64,000 nt of DNA from Eledone cirrhosa (taxonomy: Eukaryota), in contig OZ024743.1 of the NCBI GenBank assembly GCA_964016885.1, forward strand, positions 297,848,001-297,912,000. The letters run 5' to 3'. Positions 23,213 to 37,884 of this stretch are shown in pieces. A model generated the notes under the pieces. It did no database searches and was not told the origin of the DNA. It worked only from the letters and a program-made list of their open reading frames with translations. Position 1 is the first letter of the stretch. Each line of letters starts with the position of its first letter. A program made the position numbers and the translations under genes.

Positions 23213-23294
23213 GACGAGGTGGCCGAGTGGTTAAGGCGATGGACTGCTAATCCATTGGGATTTTCCCGCGTGAGTTCGAATCTCATCTTCGTCG
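23213..23294 (+). tRNA. tRNA-Ser-GCT: tRNA-Ser(GCT), copy 10
   Basis: Identical to copy 1. Confidence 0.97.
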
Positions 23295-24770
23295 ACGTTT
23301 TTGCCATGATATTTAAGTTTAGTCAAGTATCTCTTATTTAATCTTCAATTCATTACACGCTTATTTCTTTATTCATCATTATTTTTCCTTTAAAAGGGCA
23401 ATAATTTATCTGTAAATATATTTTTCGTTCTGCGTGTTTTCCAATTTCTCCCAAACTAAGCGCTTGTTTTCTCTCGTCAATGACTACATCTAATTATTCT
23501 GAACACATGTACGCAATAGATTCTTTAAGAAATATATTCAAAGATATTTTCACAGCTTGTTAGACATGATCTCACAAATATGAAGAAACAATAACGAAAC
23601 TACAAGATTGAAGCTCTTTCTTGCTATGTTAAAAGTAAAATAGACAATTTGATTATCAAGAAACTGAACTGGAAAGTAGAGCAATACAGGAGTTCGAAAA
23701 GTGAAAATCAGAACATTTCAATCCGTTATTAGTCACATTCAGCGTTTAGCCAAATGTTCTCTTAATTTGATTTCAACACTATTTACACACTATCTTACAC
23801 ACTACCTTACTATATCAGATTATCTCCTTCTTTAGTGATGTCCCCGTTTATTGACTAAATTGAGAAATGCTAAACTAATTCGTCCAATCTAAATTTACAG
23901 ATATATATATTGTGACGTCATAGAGAAGCATTTGAGTAGAGAGGTTTTCCGAACGTAACATTCATTCTGAAAATGTTACCATTTATCAACACAAGTTAAT
24001 TTTGTTAATGGTAGTTTTACTGTAATACAATTGATGCCTGGAATAATATACTCACCATATTTTAAAGACGGCTCGGTTTGAAATATTTCTATTATCACGT
24101 CTTTTACGTGCATCTAAGGGAAATTCTGCCATTATGATTCCATCTAATTTTGGAAAATTTGCTCTTAAATTCGTTGGCGATTCAAATGAGTCTTTCTATA
24201 AGAACGCTGAAAATTTAGAAACGGGACAAGGTGGGCTAATAATTGTAGCTATATTTTATCGTTTATTAGGATGTTACGACATGAAAGCGACCCGTTTTAC
24301 TTCGAAAATTACAATAACGTTGCATCTTCAATTGTATTTATTTGATTTTAATCGAACTATCATTGTTTAATATTACAATTGGTCGATAGATCACAGTAGA
24401 TTTCAATTAACTTGTTTAGTTTTACGATAAATTTCTATTAGAATTGCAATAATAAGATTGTTTATTGTGATTTGTATGATTGTTTGTAGTGTATGCATGA
24501 ATCTCTATCTCGTCTACGATATATGATGAATGATAACATGTAGAAATAACAGCAGGATATATGTGAATGTTATTTGATTTAGATAGCAGTATTTATAGCA
24601 GAATTTGAAATATCAGTTATATATATAAAGTAAACTCTCTATAGAATGTATATTGTTTAGATAATTGCCAAAATATATATACATAAATATCTAATATCCA
24701 AAATATATAATGAAAAGAAAAATGATTTTTTAAAGAATTATTATTCATCTACTTCAGAATATCGGCGTTT

Positions 24771-24843
24771 CGAGATTGTCAGGAAACGAATCTGGAATCT
24801 CCTGATCCGTAGTCAGGCGCGTTGTCCATTGCACCAGAAGCAC
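24771..24843 (-). pseudogene. tRNA-Arg-ACG: tRNA-Arg(ACG) pseudogene, copy 11
   Basis: Array copy. Confidence 0.86.
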
Positions 24844-25296
24844 AGGTTACAAACTGACTGTCAATTTAAATTACTCTAGGTATGTTTTAGACAATACGAT
24901 CGTTGAATGTCACTCTAATTCTTCCGTGTCGATGACAAACTTTTGTCCACAAGATTAGCTAACATTTGGATAATGAATTCAATTTCACTGGAAATCAGGT
25001 AAATTATAATTGCATAGAAGGGTGTTACCATTCAATTTTCGTGAGTCTGGAATTTTAATTCCAATACGTTCTCCCTTAAAACCAGTCTTAGGTTTCCTAA
25101 ACATAACCAATCTTAGTGATTATTTCCTCCTTAATTCAAATTAGTTGGTAAATATTGTTTCTCCCATACTATCATAGATGGAGAATGCTGAAATTCTTCT
25201 ATGACCAAATTATCAACTTTCAAGCGATTATATTCATAAACGTTTATCTCAAATTACAGTTCTATATGTGAAGAATTCCACTTTCGTTTCCAACGT

Positions 25297-25378
25297 GACG
25301 AGGTGGCCGAGTGGTTAAGGCGATGGACTGCTAATCCATTGGGATTTTCCCGCGTGAGTTCGAATCTCATCTTCGTCG
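25297..25378 (+). tRNA. tRNA-Ser-GCT: tRNA-Ser(GCT), copy 11
   Basis: Identical to copy 1. Confidence 0.97.
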
Positions 25379-26854
25379 ACGTTTTTGCCATGATATTTAA
25401 GTTTAGTCAAGTATCTCTTATTTAATCTTCAATTCATTACACGCTTATTTCTTTATTCATCATTATTTTTCCTTTAAAAGGGCAATAATTTATCTGTAAA
25501 TATATTTTTCGTTCTGCGTGTTTTCCAATTTCTCCCAAACTAAGCGCTTGTTTTCTCTCGTCAATGACTACATCTAATTATTCTGAACACATGTACGCAA
25601 TAGATTCTTTAAGAAATATATTCAAAGATATTTTCACAGCTTGTAAGACATGATCTCACAAATATGAAGAAACAATAACGAAACTACAAGATTGAAGCTC
25701 TTTCTTGCTATGTTAAAAGTAAAATAGACAATTTGATTATCAAGAAACTGAACTGGAAAGTAGAGCAATACAGGAGTTCGAAAAGTGAAAATCAGAACAT
25801 TTCAATCCGTTATTAGTCACATTCAGCGTTTAGCCAAATGTTCTCTTAATTTGATTTCAACACTATTTACACACTATCTTACACACTACCTTACTATATC
25901 AGATTATCTCCTTCTTTAGTGATGTCCTCGTTTATTGACTAAATTGAGAAATGCTAAACTAATTCGTCCAATCTAAATTTACAGATATATATATTGTGAC
26001 GTCATAGGAAAGCATTTGAGTAGAGAGGTTTTACGAACGTAACATTCATTCTGAAAATGTTACCATTTATCAACACAAGTTAATTTTGTTAATGGTAGTT
26101 TTACTGTAATACAATTGATGCCTGGAATAATATACTCACCATATTTTAAAGACGGCTCGGTTTGAAATATTTCTATTATCACGTCTTTTACGTGCATCTA
26201 AGGGAAATTCTGCCATTATGATTCCATCTAATTTTGGAAGATTTGCTCTTAAATTCGTTGGTGATTCAAATGAGTCTTTCTATAAGAACGCTGAAAATTT
26301 AGAAACGGGACAAGGTGGGCTAATAATTGTAGTTATATTTTATCGTTTATTAGGATGTTACGACATGAAAGCGACCCGTTTTACTTCGAAAATTACAATA
26401 ACGTTGCATTTTCAATTCTATTTATTTGATTTTAATCGAACTATCATTGTTTAATATTACAATTGGTCGATAGATCACAGTAGATTTCAATTAACTTGTT
26501 TAGTTTTACGATAAATTTCTATTAGAATTGCAATAATAAGATTGTTTATTGTGATTTGTATGATTGTTTGTAGTGTATGCATGAATCTCTATCTCGTCTA
26601 CGATATATGGTGAATGATAACATGTAGAAATAACAGCAGGATATATGTGAATGTTATTTGATTTAGATAGCAGTATTTATAGCAGAACTTGAAATATCAG
26701 TTATATATATAAAGTAAACTCTCTATAGAATGTATATTGTTTAGATAATTGCCAAAATATATATACATAAATATCTAATATCCAAAATATGTAATGAAAA
26801 GAAAAATGATTTTTTAAAGAATTATTATTCATCTACTTCAAAATATCGGTGTTT

Positions 26855-26927
26855 CGAGATTGTCAGGAAACGAATCTGGAATCTCCTGATCCGTAGTCAG
26901 GCGCCTTATCCATTGCACCAGAAGCAC
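26855..26927 (-). pseudogene. tRNA-Arg-ACG: tRNA-Arg(ACG) pseudogene, copy 12
   Basis: Array copy. Confidence 0.86.
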
Positions 26928-27380
26928 AGGTTACAAACTGACTGTCAATTTAAATTACTCTAGGTATGTTTTAGACAATACAATCGTTGAATGTCACTCT
27001 AATTCTTCCGTGTCGATGACAAACTTTTGTCCACAAGATTAGCTAACATTTGGATAATGAATTCAATTTCACTGGAAATCAGGTAAATTATAATTGCATA
27101 AAAGGGTGTTACCATTCAATTTTCGTGAGTCTGGAATTTTAATTCCAATACGTTCTCCCTTAAAACCAGTCTTAGGTTTCCTAAACATAACCAATCTTAG
27201 TGATTATTTCCTCCTTAATTTAAAATAGTTGGTAAATATTGTTTCTCCCATACTATCATAGATGGAGAATGCTGAAATTCTTCTATCACCAAATTATCAA
27301 CTTTCAAGCGATTATATTCATAAACGTTTATCTCAAATTACAGTTCTATATGTGAAGAATTCCACTTTCGTTTCCAACGT

Positions 27381-27462
27381 GACGAGGTGGCCGAGTGGTT
27401 AAGGCGATGGACTGCTAATCCATTGGGATTTTCCCGCGTGAGTTCGAATCTCATCTTCGTCG
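27381..27462 (+). tRNA. tRNA-Ser-GCT: tRNA-Ser(GCT), copy 12
   Basis: Identical to copy 1. Confidence 0.97.
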
Positions 27463-28938
27463 ACGTTTTTCCATGATATTTAAGTTTAGTCAAGTATCTC
27501 TTATTTAATCTTCAATTCATTACACGCTTATTTCTTTTATTCATCATTATTTTTCCTTTAAAAGGGCAATAATTTATCTGTAAATATATTTTTCGTTCTG
27601 CGTGTTTTCCAATTTCTCCCAAACTAAGCGCTTGTTTTCTCTCGTCAATGACTACATCTAATTATTCTGAACACATGTACGTAATAGATTCTTTAAGAAA
27701 TATATTCAAAGATATTTTCACAGCTTGTTAGACATGATCTCACAAATATGAAGAAACAATAACGAAACTACAAGATTGAAGCTCTTTCTTGCTATGTTAA
27801 AAGTAAAATAGACAATTTGATTATCAAGAAACTGAACTGGAAAGTAGAGCAATACAGGAGTTCGAAAAGTGAAAATCAGAACATTTCAATCCGTTATTAG
27901 TCACATTTAGCGTTTAGCCAAATGTTGTCTTAATTTGATTTCAACACTATTTACACACTATCTTACACACTACCTTACTATATCAGATTATCTCCTTCTT
28001 TAGTGATGTCCTCGTTTATTTACTAAAGTGAGAAATGCTAAACTAATTTGTCCAATCTAAATTTACAGATATATATATTGTGACGTCATAGGAAAGCATT
28101 TGAGTAGAGAGGTTTTACGAACGTAACATTCATTCTGAAAATGTTACCATTTATCAACACAAGTTAATTTTGTTAATGGTAGTTTTACTGTAATACAATT
28201 GATGCCTGGAATAATATACTCACCATATTTTAAAGACGGCTCGGTTTGAAATATTTCTATTATCACGTCTTTTACGTGCATCTAAGGGAAATTCTGCCAT
28301 TATGATTCCATCTAATTTTGGAAAATTTGCTCTTAAATTCGTTGGCTATTCAAATGAGTCTTTCTATAAGAACGCTGAAAATTTAGAAACGGGACAAGGT
28401 GGGCTAATAATTGTAGTTATATTTTATCGTTTATTAGGATGTTACGACATGAAAGCGACCCGTTTTACTTCGAAAATTACAATAACGTTGCATTTTCAAT
28501 TCTATTTATTTGATTTTAATCGAACTATCATTGTTTAATATTACAATTGGTCGATAGATCACAGTAGATTTCAATTAACTTGTTTAGTTTTACGATAAAT
28601 TTCTATTAGAATTGCAATAATAAGATTGTTTATTGTGATTTGTATGATTGTTTGTAGTGTATGCATGAATCTCTATCTCGTCTACGATATATGGTGAATG
28701 ATAACATGTAGAAATAACAGCAGGATATATGTGAATGTTATTTGATTTAGATAGCAGTATTTATAGCAGAACTTGAAATATCAGTTATATATATAAAGTA
28801 AACTCTCTATAGAATGTATATTGTTTAGATAATTGCCAAAATATATATACATAAATATCTAATATCCAAAATATGTAATGAAAAGAAAAATGATTTTTTA
28901 AAGAATTATTATTCATCTACTTCAAAATATCGGTGTTT

Positions 28939-29011
28939 CGAGATTGTCAGGAAACGAATCTGGAATCTCCTGATCCGTAGTCAGGCGCCTTATCCATTGC
29001 ACCAGAAGCAC
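28939..29011 (-). pseudogene. tRNA-Arg-ACG: tRNA-Arg(ACG) pseudogene, copy 13
   Basis: Array copy. Confidence 0.86.
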
Positions 29012-29464
29012 AGGTTACAAACTGACTGTCAATTTAAATTACTCTAGGTATGTTTTAGACAATACAATCGTTGAATGTCACTCTAATTCTTCCGTGTCGA
29101 TGACAAACTTTTGTCCACAAGATTAGCTAACATTTGGATAATGAATTCAATTTCACTGGAAATCAGGTAAATTATAATTGCATAGAAGGGTGTTACCATT
29201 CAATTTTCGTGAGTCTGGAATTTTAATTCCAATACGTTCTCCCTTAAAACCAGTCTTAGGTTTCTTAAATATAACCAATCTTAGTGATTATTTCCTCCTT
29301 AATTTAAAATAGTTGGTAAATATTGTTTCTCCCATACTATCATAGATGGAGAATGCTGAAATTCTTCTATCACCAAATTATCAACTTTCAAGCGATTATA
29401 TTCATAAACGTTTATCTCAAATTACAGTTCTATATGTGAAGAATTCCACTTTCGTTTCCAACGT

Positions 29465-29546
29465 GACGAGGTGGCCGAGTGGTTAAGGCGATGGACTGCT
29501 AATCCATTGGGATTTTCCCGCGTGAGTTCGAATCTCATCTTCGTCG
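29465..29546 (+). tRNA. tRNA-Ser-GCT: tRNA-Ser(GCT), copy 13
   Basis: Identical to copy 1. Confidence 0.97.
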
Positions 29547-31022
29547 ACGTTTTTGCCATGATATTTAAGTTTAGTCAACTATCTCTTATTTAATCTTCAA
29601 TTCATTACACGCTTATTTCTTTATTCATCATTATTTTTCCTTTAAAAGGGCAATAATTTATCTGTAAATATATTTTTCGTTCTGCGTGTTTTCCAATTTC
29701 TCCCAAACTAAGCGCTTGTTTTCTCTCGTCAATGACTACATCTAATTATTCTGAACACATGTACGCAATAGATTCTTTAAGAAATATATTCAAAGATATT
29801 TTCACAGCTTGTTAGACATGATCTCACAAATATGAAGAAACAATAACGAAACTACAAGATTGAAGCTCTTTCTTGCTATGTTAAAAGTAAAATAGACAAT
29901 TTGATTATCAAGAAACTGAACTGGAAAGTAGAGCAATACAGGAGTTCGAAAAGTGAAAATCAGAACATTTCAATCCGTTATTAGTCACATTCAGCGTTTA
30001 GACAAATGTTCTCTTAATTTGATTTCAACACTATTTACACACTATCTTACACACTACCTTACTATATCAGATTACCTCCTTCTTTAGTGATGTCCTCGTT
30101 TATTGACTAAATTGAGAAATGCTAAACTAATTCGTCCAATCTAAATTTACAGATATATATCTTGTGACGTCATAGGAAAGCATTTGAGTACAGAGGTTTT
30201 ACGAACATAACGTTCATTCTGAAAATGTTACCATTTATCAACACAAGTTAATTTTGTTAATGGTAGTTTTACTGTAATACAATTGATGCCTGGAATAATA
30301 TACTCACCATATTTTAAAGACGGCTCGGTTTGAAATATTTCTATTATCACGTCTTTTACGTGCATCTAAGGGAAATTCTGCCATTATGATTCCATCTAAT
30401 TTTGGAAAATTTGCTCTTAAATTCGTTGGTGATTCAAATGAGTCTTTCTATAAGAACGCTGAAAATTTAGAAACGGGACAAGGTGGGCTAATAATTGTAG
30501 TTATATTTTATCGTTTATTAGGATGTTACGACATGAAAGCGACCCGTTTTACTTCGAAAATTACAATAACGTTGCATTTTCAATTCTATTTATTTGATTT
30601 TAATCGAACTATCATTGTTTAATATTACAATTGGTCGATAGATCACAGTAGATTTCAATTAACTTGTTTAGTTTTACGATAAATTTCTATTAGAATTGCA
30701 ATAATAAGATTGTTTATTGTGATTTGTATGATTGTTTGTAGTGTATGCATGAATCTCTATCTCGCCTTCGATATATGGTGAATGATAACATGTAGAAATA
30801 ACAGCAGGATATATGTGAATGTTATTTGATTTAGATAGCAGTATTTATAGCAGAACTTGAAATATCAGTTATATATATAAAGTAAACTCTCTATAGAATG
30901 TATATTGTTTAGATAATTGCCAAAATATATATACATAAATATCTAATATCCAAAATATGTAATGAAAAGAAAAATGATTTTTTAAAGAATTATTATTCAT
31001 CTACTTCAAAATATCGGTGTTT

Positions 31023-31095
31023 CGAGATTGTCAGGAAACGAATCTGGAATCTCCTGATCCGTAGTCAGGCGCCTTATCCATTGCACCAGAAGCAC
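31023..31095 (-). pseudogene. tRNA-Arg-ACG: tRNA-Arg(ACG) pseudogene, copy 14
   Basis: Array copy. Confidence 0.86.
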
Positions 31096-31548
31096 AGGTT
31101 ACAAACTGACTGTCAATTTAAATTACTCTAGGTATGTTTTAGACAATACAATCGTTGAATGTCACTCTAATTCTTCCGTGTCGATGACAAACTTTTGTCC
31201 ACAAGATTAGCTAACATTTGGATAATGAATTCAATTTCACTGGAAATCAGGTAAATTATAATTGCATAGAAGGGTGTTACCATTCAATTTTCGTGAGTCT
31301 GGAATTTTAATTCCAATACGTTCTCCCTTAAAACCAGTCTTAGGTTTCTTAAATATAACCAATCTTAGTGATTATTTCCTCCTTAATTTAAAATAGTTGG
31401 TAAATATTGTTTCTCCCATACTATCATAGATCGAGAATGCTGAAATTCTTCTATCACCAAATTATCAACTTTCAAGCGATTATATTCATAAACGTTTATC
31501 TCAAATTACAGTTCTATATGTGAAGAATTCCACTTTCGTTTCCAACTT

Positions 31549-31630
31549 GACGAGGTGGCCGAGTGGTTAAGTCGATGGACTGCTAATCCATTGGGATTTT
31601 CCCGCGTGAGTTCGAATCTCATCTTCGTCG
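31549..31630 (+). tRNA. tRNA-Ser-GCT: tRNA-Ser(GCT), copy 14, D-stem variant G24>T
   Basis: TTAAGTCG instead of TTAAGGCG (31572). Confidence 0.9.
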
Positions 31631-33107
31631 ACGTTTTTGCCATGATATTTAAGTTTAGTCAAGTATCTCTTATTTAATCTTCAATTCATTACACGCTTAT
31701 TTCTTTTATTCATCATTATTTTTCCTTTAAAAGGGCAATAATTTATCTGTAAATATATTTTTCGTTCTGCGTGTTTTCCAATTTCTCCCAAACTAAGCGC
31801 TTGTTTTCTCTCGTCAATGACTACATCTAATTATTCTGAACACATGTACGTAATAGATTCTTTAAGAAATATATTCAAAGATATTTTCACAGCTTGTTAG
31901 ACATGATCTCACAAATATGAAGAAACAATAACGAAACTACAAGATTGAAGCTCTTTCTTGCTATGTTAAAAGTAAAATAGACAATTTGATTATCAAGAAA
32001 CTGAACTGGAAAGTAGAGCAATACAGGAGTTCGAAAAGTGAAAATCAGAACATTTCAATCCGTTATTAGTCACATTCAGCGTTTAGCCAAATGTTCTCTT
32101 AATTTGATTTCAACACTATTTACACACTATCTTACACACTACCTTACTATATCAGATTATCTCCTTCTTTAGTGATGTCCTCGTTTATTGACTAAATTGA
32201 GAAATGCTAAACTAATTCGTCCAATCTAAATTTACAGATATATATATTGTGACGTCATAGGAAAGCATTTGAGTAGAGAGGTTTTACGAACGTAACATTC
32301 ATTCTGAAAATGTTACCATTTATCAACACAAGTTAATTTTGTTAATGGTAGTTTTACTGTAATACAATTGATGCCTGGAATAATATACTCACCATATTTT
32401 AAAGACGGCTCGGTTTGAAATATTTCTATTATCACGTCTTTTACGTGCATCTAAGGGAAATTCTGCCATTATGATTCCATCTAATTTTGGAAAATTTGCT
32501 CTTAAATTCGTTGGCTATTTAAATGAGTCTTTCTATAAGAACGCTGAAAATTTAGAAACGGGACAAGGTGGGCTAATAATTGTAGTTATATTTTATCGTT
32601 TATTAGGATGTTACGACATGAAAGCGACCCGTTTTACTTCGAAAATTACAATAACGTTGCATTTTCAATTCTATTTATTTGATTTTAATCGAACTATCAT
32701 TGTTTAATATTACAATTGGTCGATAGATCACAGTAGATTTCAATTAACTTGTTTAGTTTTACGATAAATTTCTATTAGAATTGCAATAATAAGATTGTTT
32801 ATTGTGATTTGTATGATTGTTTGTAGTGTATGCATGAATCTCTATCTCGTCTACGATATATGGTGAATGATAACATGTAGAAATAACAGCAGGATATATG
32901 TGAATGTTATTTGATTTAGATAGCAGTATTTATAGCAGAACTTGAAATATCAGTTATATATATAAAGTAAACTCTCTATAGAATGTATATTGTTTAGATA
33001 ATTGCCAAAATATATATACATAAATATCTAATATCCAAAATATGTAATGAAAAGAAAAATGATTTTTTAAAGAATTATTATTCATCTACTTCAAAATATC
33101 GGTGTTT

Positions 33108-33180
33108 CGAGATTGTCAGGAAACGAATCTGGAATCTCCTGATCCGTAGTCAGGCGCCTTATCCATTGCACCAGAAGCAC
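33108..33180 (-). pseudogene. tRNA-Arg-ACG: tRNA-Arg(ACG) pseudogene, copy 15
   Basis: Array copy. Confidence 0.86.
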
Positions 33181-33633
33181 AGGTTACAAACTGACTGTCA
33201 ATTTAAATTACTCTAGGTATGTTTTAGACAATACAATCGTTGAATGTCACTCTAATTCTTCCGTGTCGATGACAAACTTTTGTCCACAAGATTAGCTAAC
33301 ATTTGGATAATGAATTCAATTTCACTGGAAATCAGGTAAATTATAATTGCATAAAAGGGTGTTACCATTCAATTTTCGTGAGTCTGGAATTTTAATTCCA
33401 ATACGTTCTCCCTTAAAACCAGTCTTAGGTTTCCTAAACATAACCAATCTTAGTGATTATTTCCTCCTTAATTTAAAATAGTTGGTAAATATTGTTTCTC
33501 CCATACTATCATAGATGGAGAATGCTGAAATTCTTCTATCACCAAATTATCAACTTTCAAGCGATTATATTCATAAACGTTTATCTCAAATTACAGTTCT
33601 ATATGTGAAGAATTCCACTTTCGTTTCCAACGT

Positions 33634-33715
33634 GACGAGGTGGCCGAGTGGTTAAGGCGATGGACTGCTAATCCATTGGGATTTTCCCGCGTGAGTTCGA
33701 ATCTCATCTTCGTCG
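33634..33715 (+). tRNA. tRNA-Ser-GCT: tRNA-Ser(GCT), copy 15
   Basis: Identical to copy 1. Confidence 0.97.
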
Positions 33716-35191
33716 ACGTTTTTCCATGATATTTAAGTTTAGTCAAGTATCTCTTATTTAATCTTCAATTCATTACACGCTTATTTCTTTTATTCATCAT
33801 TATTTTTCCTTTAAAAGGGCAATAATTTATCTGTAAATATATTTTTCGTTCTGCGTGTTTTCCAATTTCTCCCAAACTAAGCGCTTGTTTTCTCTCGTCA
33901 ATGACTACATCTAATTATTCTGAACACATGTACGTAATAGATTCTTTAAGAAATATATTCAAAGATATTTTCACAGCTTGTTAGACATGATCTCACAAAT
34001 ATGAAGAAACAATAACGAAACTACAAGATTGAAGCTCTTTCTTGCTATGTTAAAAGTAAAATAGACAATTTGATTATCAAGAAACTGAACTGGAAAGTAG
34101 AGCAATACAGGAGTTCGAAAAGTGAAAATCAGAACATTTCAATCCGTTATTAGTCACATTTAGCGTTTAGCCAAATGTTATCTTAATTTGATTTCAACAC
34201 TATTTACACACTATCTTACACACTACCTTACTATATCAGATTATCTCCTTCTTTAGTGATGTCCTCGTTTATTTACTAAAGTGAGAAATGCTAAACTAAT
34301 TTGTCCAATCTAAATTTACAGATATATATATTGTGACGTCATAGGAAAGCATTTGAGTAGAGAGGTTTTACGAACGTAACATTCATTCTGAAAATGTTAC
34401 CATTTATCAACACAAGTTAATTTTGTTAATGGTAGTTTTACTGTAATACAATTGATGCCTGGAATAATATACTCACCATATTTTAAAGACGGCTCGGTTT
34501 GAAATATTTCTATTATCACGTCTTTTACGTGCATCTAAGGGAAATTCTGCCATTATGATTCCATCTAATTTTGGAAAATTTGCTCTTAAATTCGTTGGCT
34601 ATTCAAATGAGTCTTTCTATAAGAACGCTGAAAATTTAGAAACGGGACAAGGTGGGCTAATAATTGTAGTTATATTTTATCGTTTATTAGGATGTTACGA
34701 CATGAAAGCGACCCGTTTTACTTCGAAAATTACAATAACGTTGCATTTTCAATTCTATTTATTTGATTTTAATCGAACTATCATTGTTTAATATTACAAT
34801 TGGTCGATAGATCACAGTAGATTTCAATTAACTTGTTTAGTTTTACGATAAATTTCTATTAGAATTGCAATAATAAGATTGTTTATTGTGATTTGTATGA
34901 TTGTTTGTAGTGTATGCATGAATCTCTATCTCGTCTACGATATATGGTGAATGATAACATGTAGAAATAACAGCAGGATATATGTGAATGTTATTTGATT
35001 TAGATAGCAGTATTTATAGCAGAACTTGAAATATCAGTTATATATATAAAGTAAACTCTCTATAGAATGTATATTGTTTAGATAATTGCCAAAATATATA
35101 TACATAAATATCTAATATCCAAAATATGTAAAGAAAAGAAAAATGATTTTTTAAAGAATTATTATTCATCTACTTCAAAATATCGGTGTTT

Positions 35192-35264
35192 CAAGATTGT
35201 CAGGAAACGAATCTGGAATCTCCTGATCCGTAGTCAGGCGCGTTATCCATTGCACCAGAAGCAC
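35192..35264 (-). pseudogene. tRNA-Arg-ACG: tRNA-Arg(ACG) pseudogene, copy 16
   Basis: Array copy. Confidence 0.86.
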
Positions 35265-35717
35265 AGGTTACAAACTGACTGTCAATTTAAATTACTCTAG
35301 GTATGTTTTAGACAATACAATCGTTGAATGTCACTCTATTTCTTCCGTGTCGATGACAAACTTTTGTCCACAAGATTAGCTAACATTTGGATAATGAATT
35401 CAATTTCACTGGAAATCAGGTAAATTATAATTGCATAGAAGGGTGTTACCATTCAATTTTCGTGAGTCTGGAATTTTAATTCCAATACGTTCTCCCTTAA
35501 AACCAGTCTTAGGTTTCTTAAATATAACCAATCTTAGTGATTATTTCCTCCTTAATTTAAAATAGTTGGTAAATATTGTTTCTCCCATACTATCATAGAT
35601 GGAGAATGCTGAAATTCTTCTATCACCAAATTATCAACTTTCAAGCGATTATATTCATAAACGTTTATCTCAAATTACAGTTCTATATGTGAAGAATTCC
35701 ACTTTCGTTTCCAACTT

Positions 35718-35799
35718 GACGAGGTGGCCGAGTGGTTAAGGCGATGGACTGCTAATCCATTGGGATTTTCCCGCGTGAGTTCGAATCTCATCTTCGTCG
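35718..35799 (+). tRNA. tRNA-Ser-GCT: tRNA-Ser(GCT), copy 16
   Basis: Identical to copy 1. Confidence 0.97.
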
Positions 35800-37276
35800 A
35801 CGTTTTTGCCATGATATTTAAGTTTAGTCAAGTATCTCTTATTTAATCTTCAATTCATTACACGCTTATTTCTTTTATTCATCATTATTTTTCCTATAAA
35901 AGGGCAATAATTTATCTGTAAATATATTTTTCGTTCTGCGTGTTTTCCAATTTCTCCCAAACTAAGCGCTTGTTTTCTCTCGTCAATGACTACATCTAAT
36001 TATTCTGAACACATGTACGCAATAGATTCTTTAAGAAATATATTCAAAGATATTTTCACAGCTTGTTAGACATGATCTCACAAATATGAAGAAACAATAA
36101 CGAAACTACAAGATTGAAGCTCTTTCTTGCTATGTTAAAAGTAAAATAGACAATTTGATTATCAAGAAACTGAACTGGAAAGTAGAGCAATACAGGAGTT
36201 CGAAAAGTGAAAATCAGAACATTTCAATCCGTTATTAGTCACATTCAGCGTTTAGCCAAATATTCTCTTAATTTGATTTCAACACTATTTACACACTATC
36301 TTACACACTACCTTACTATATCAGATTATCTCCTTCTTTAGTGATGTCCTCGTTTATTGACTAAATTGAGAAATGCTAAACTAATTCGTCCAATCTAAAT
36401 TTACAGATATATATATTGTGACGTCATAGGAAAGCATTTGAGTAGAGAGGTTTTACGAACGTAACATTCATTCTGAAAATGTTACCATTTATCAACACAA
36501 GTTAATTTTGTTAATGGTAGTTTTACTGTAATACAATTGATGCCTGGAATAATATACTCACCATATTTTAAAGACGGCTCGGTTTGAAATATTTCTATTA
36601 TCACGTCTTTTACGTGCATCTAAGGGAAATTCTGCCATAATGATTCCATCTAATTTTGGAAAATTTGCTCTTAAATTCGTTGGCGATTCAAATGAATCTT
36701 TCTATAAGAACGCTGAACATTTAGAAACGGGACAAGGTGGGCTAATAATTGTAGTTATATTTTATCGTTTATTAGGATGTTACGACATGAAAGCGACCCG
36801 TTTTACTTCGAAAATTACAATAACGTTGCATTTTCAATTCTATTTATTTGATTTTAATCGAACTATCATTGTTTAATATTACAATTGGTCGATAGATCAC
36901 AGTAGATTTCAATTAACTTGTTTAGTTTTACGATAAATTTCAATTAGAATTGCAATAATAAGATTGTTTATTGTGATTTGTATGATTGTTTGTAGTGTAT
37001 GCATGAATCTCTATCTCGTCTACGATATATGGTGAATGATAACATGTAGAAATAACAGCAGGATATATGTGAATGTTATTTGATTTAGATAGCAGTATTT
37101 ATAGCAGAACTTGAAATATCAGTTATATATATAAAGTAAACTCTCTATAGAATGTATATTGTTTAGATAATTGCCAAAATATATATACATAAATATCTAA
37201 TATCCAAAATATGTAATGAAAAGAAAAATGATTTTTTAAAGAATTATTATTCATCTACTTCAAAATATCGGTGTTT

Positions 37277-37349
37277 CAAGATTGTCAGGAAACGAATCTG
37301 GAATCTCCTGATCCGTAGTCAGGCGCCTTATCCATTGCACCAGAAGCAC
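37277..37349 (-). pseudogene. tRNA-Arg-ACG: tRNA-Arg(ACG) pseudogene, copy 17
   Basis: Array copy. Confidence 0.86.
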
Positions 37350-37802
37350 AGGTTACAAACTGACTGTCAATTTAAATTACTCTAGGTATGTTTTAGACAA
37401 TACAATCGTTGAATGTCACTCTATTTCTTCCGTGTCGATGACAAACTTTTGTCCAGAAGATTAGCTAACATTTGGATAATGAATTCAATTTCACTGGAAA
37501 TCAGGTAAATTATAATTGCATAGAAGGGTGTTACCATTCAATTTTCGTGAGTCTGGAATTTTAATTCCAATACGTTCTCCCTTAAAACCAGTCTTAGGTT
37601 TCTTAAATATAACCAATCTTAGTGATTATTTCCTCCTTAATTTAAAATAGTTGGTAAATATTGTTTCTCCCATACTATCATAGATCGAGAATGCTGAAAT
37701 TCTTCTATGACCAAATTATCAACTTTCAAGCGATTATATTCATAAACGTTTATCTCAAATTACAGTTCTATATGTGAAGAATTCCACTTTCGTTTCCAAC
37801 TT

Positions 37803-37884
37803 GACGAGGTGGCCGAGTGGTTAAGTCGATGGACTGCTAATCCATTGGGATTTTCCCGCGTGAGTTCGAATCTCATCTTCGTCG
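37803..37884 (+). tRNA. tRNA-Ser-GCT: tRNA-Ser(GCT), copy 17, D-stem variant G24>T
   Basis: TTAAGTCG (37826). Confidence 0.9.
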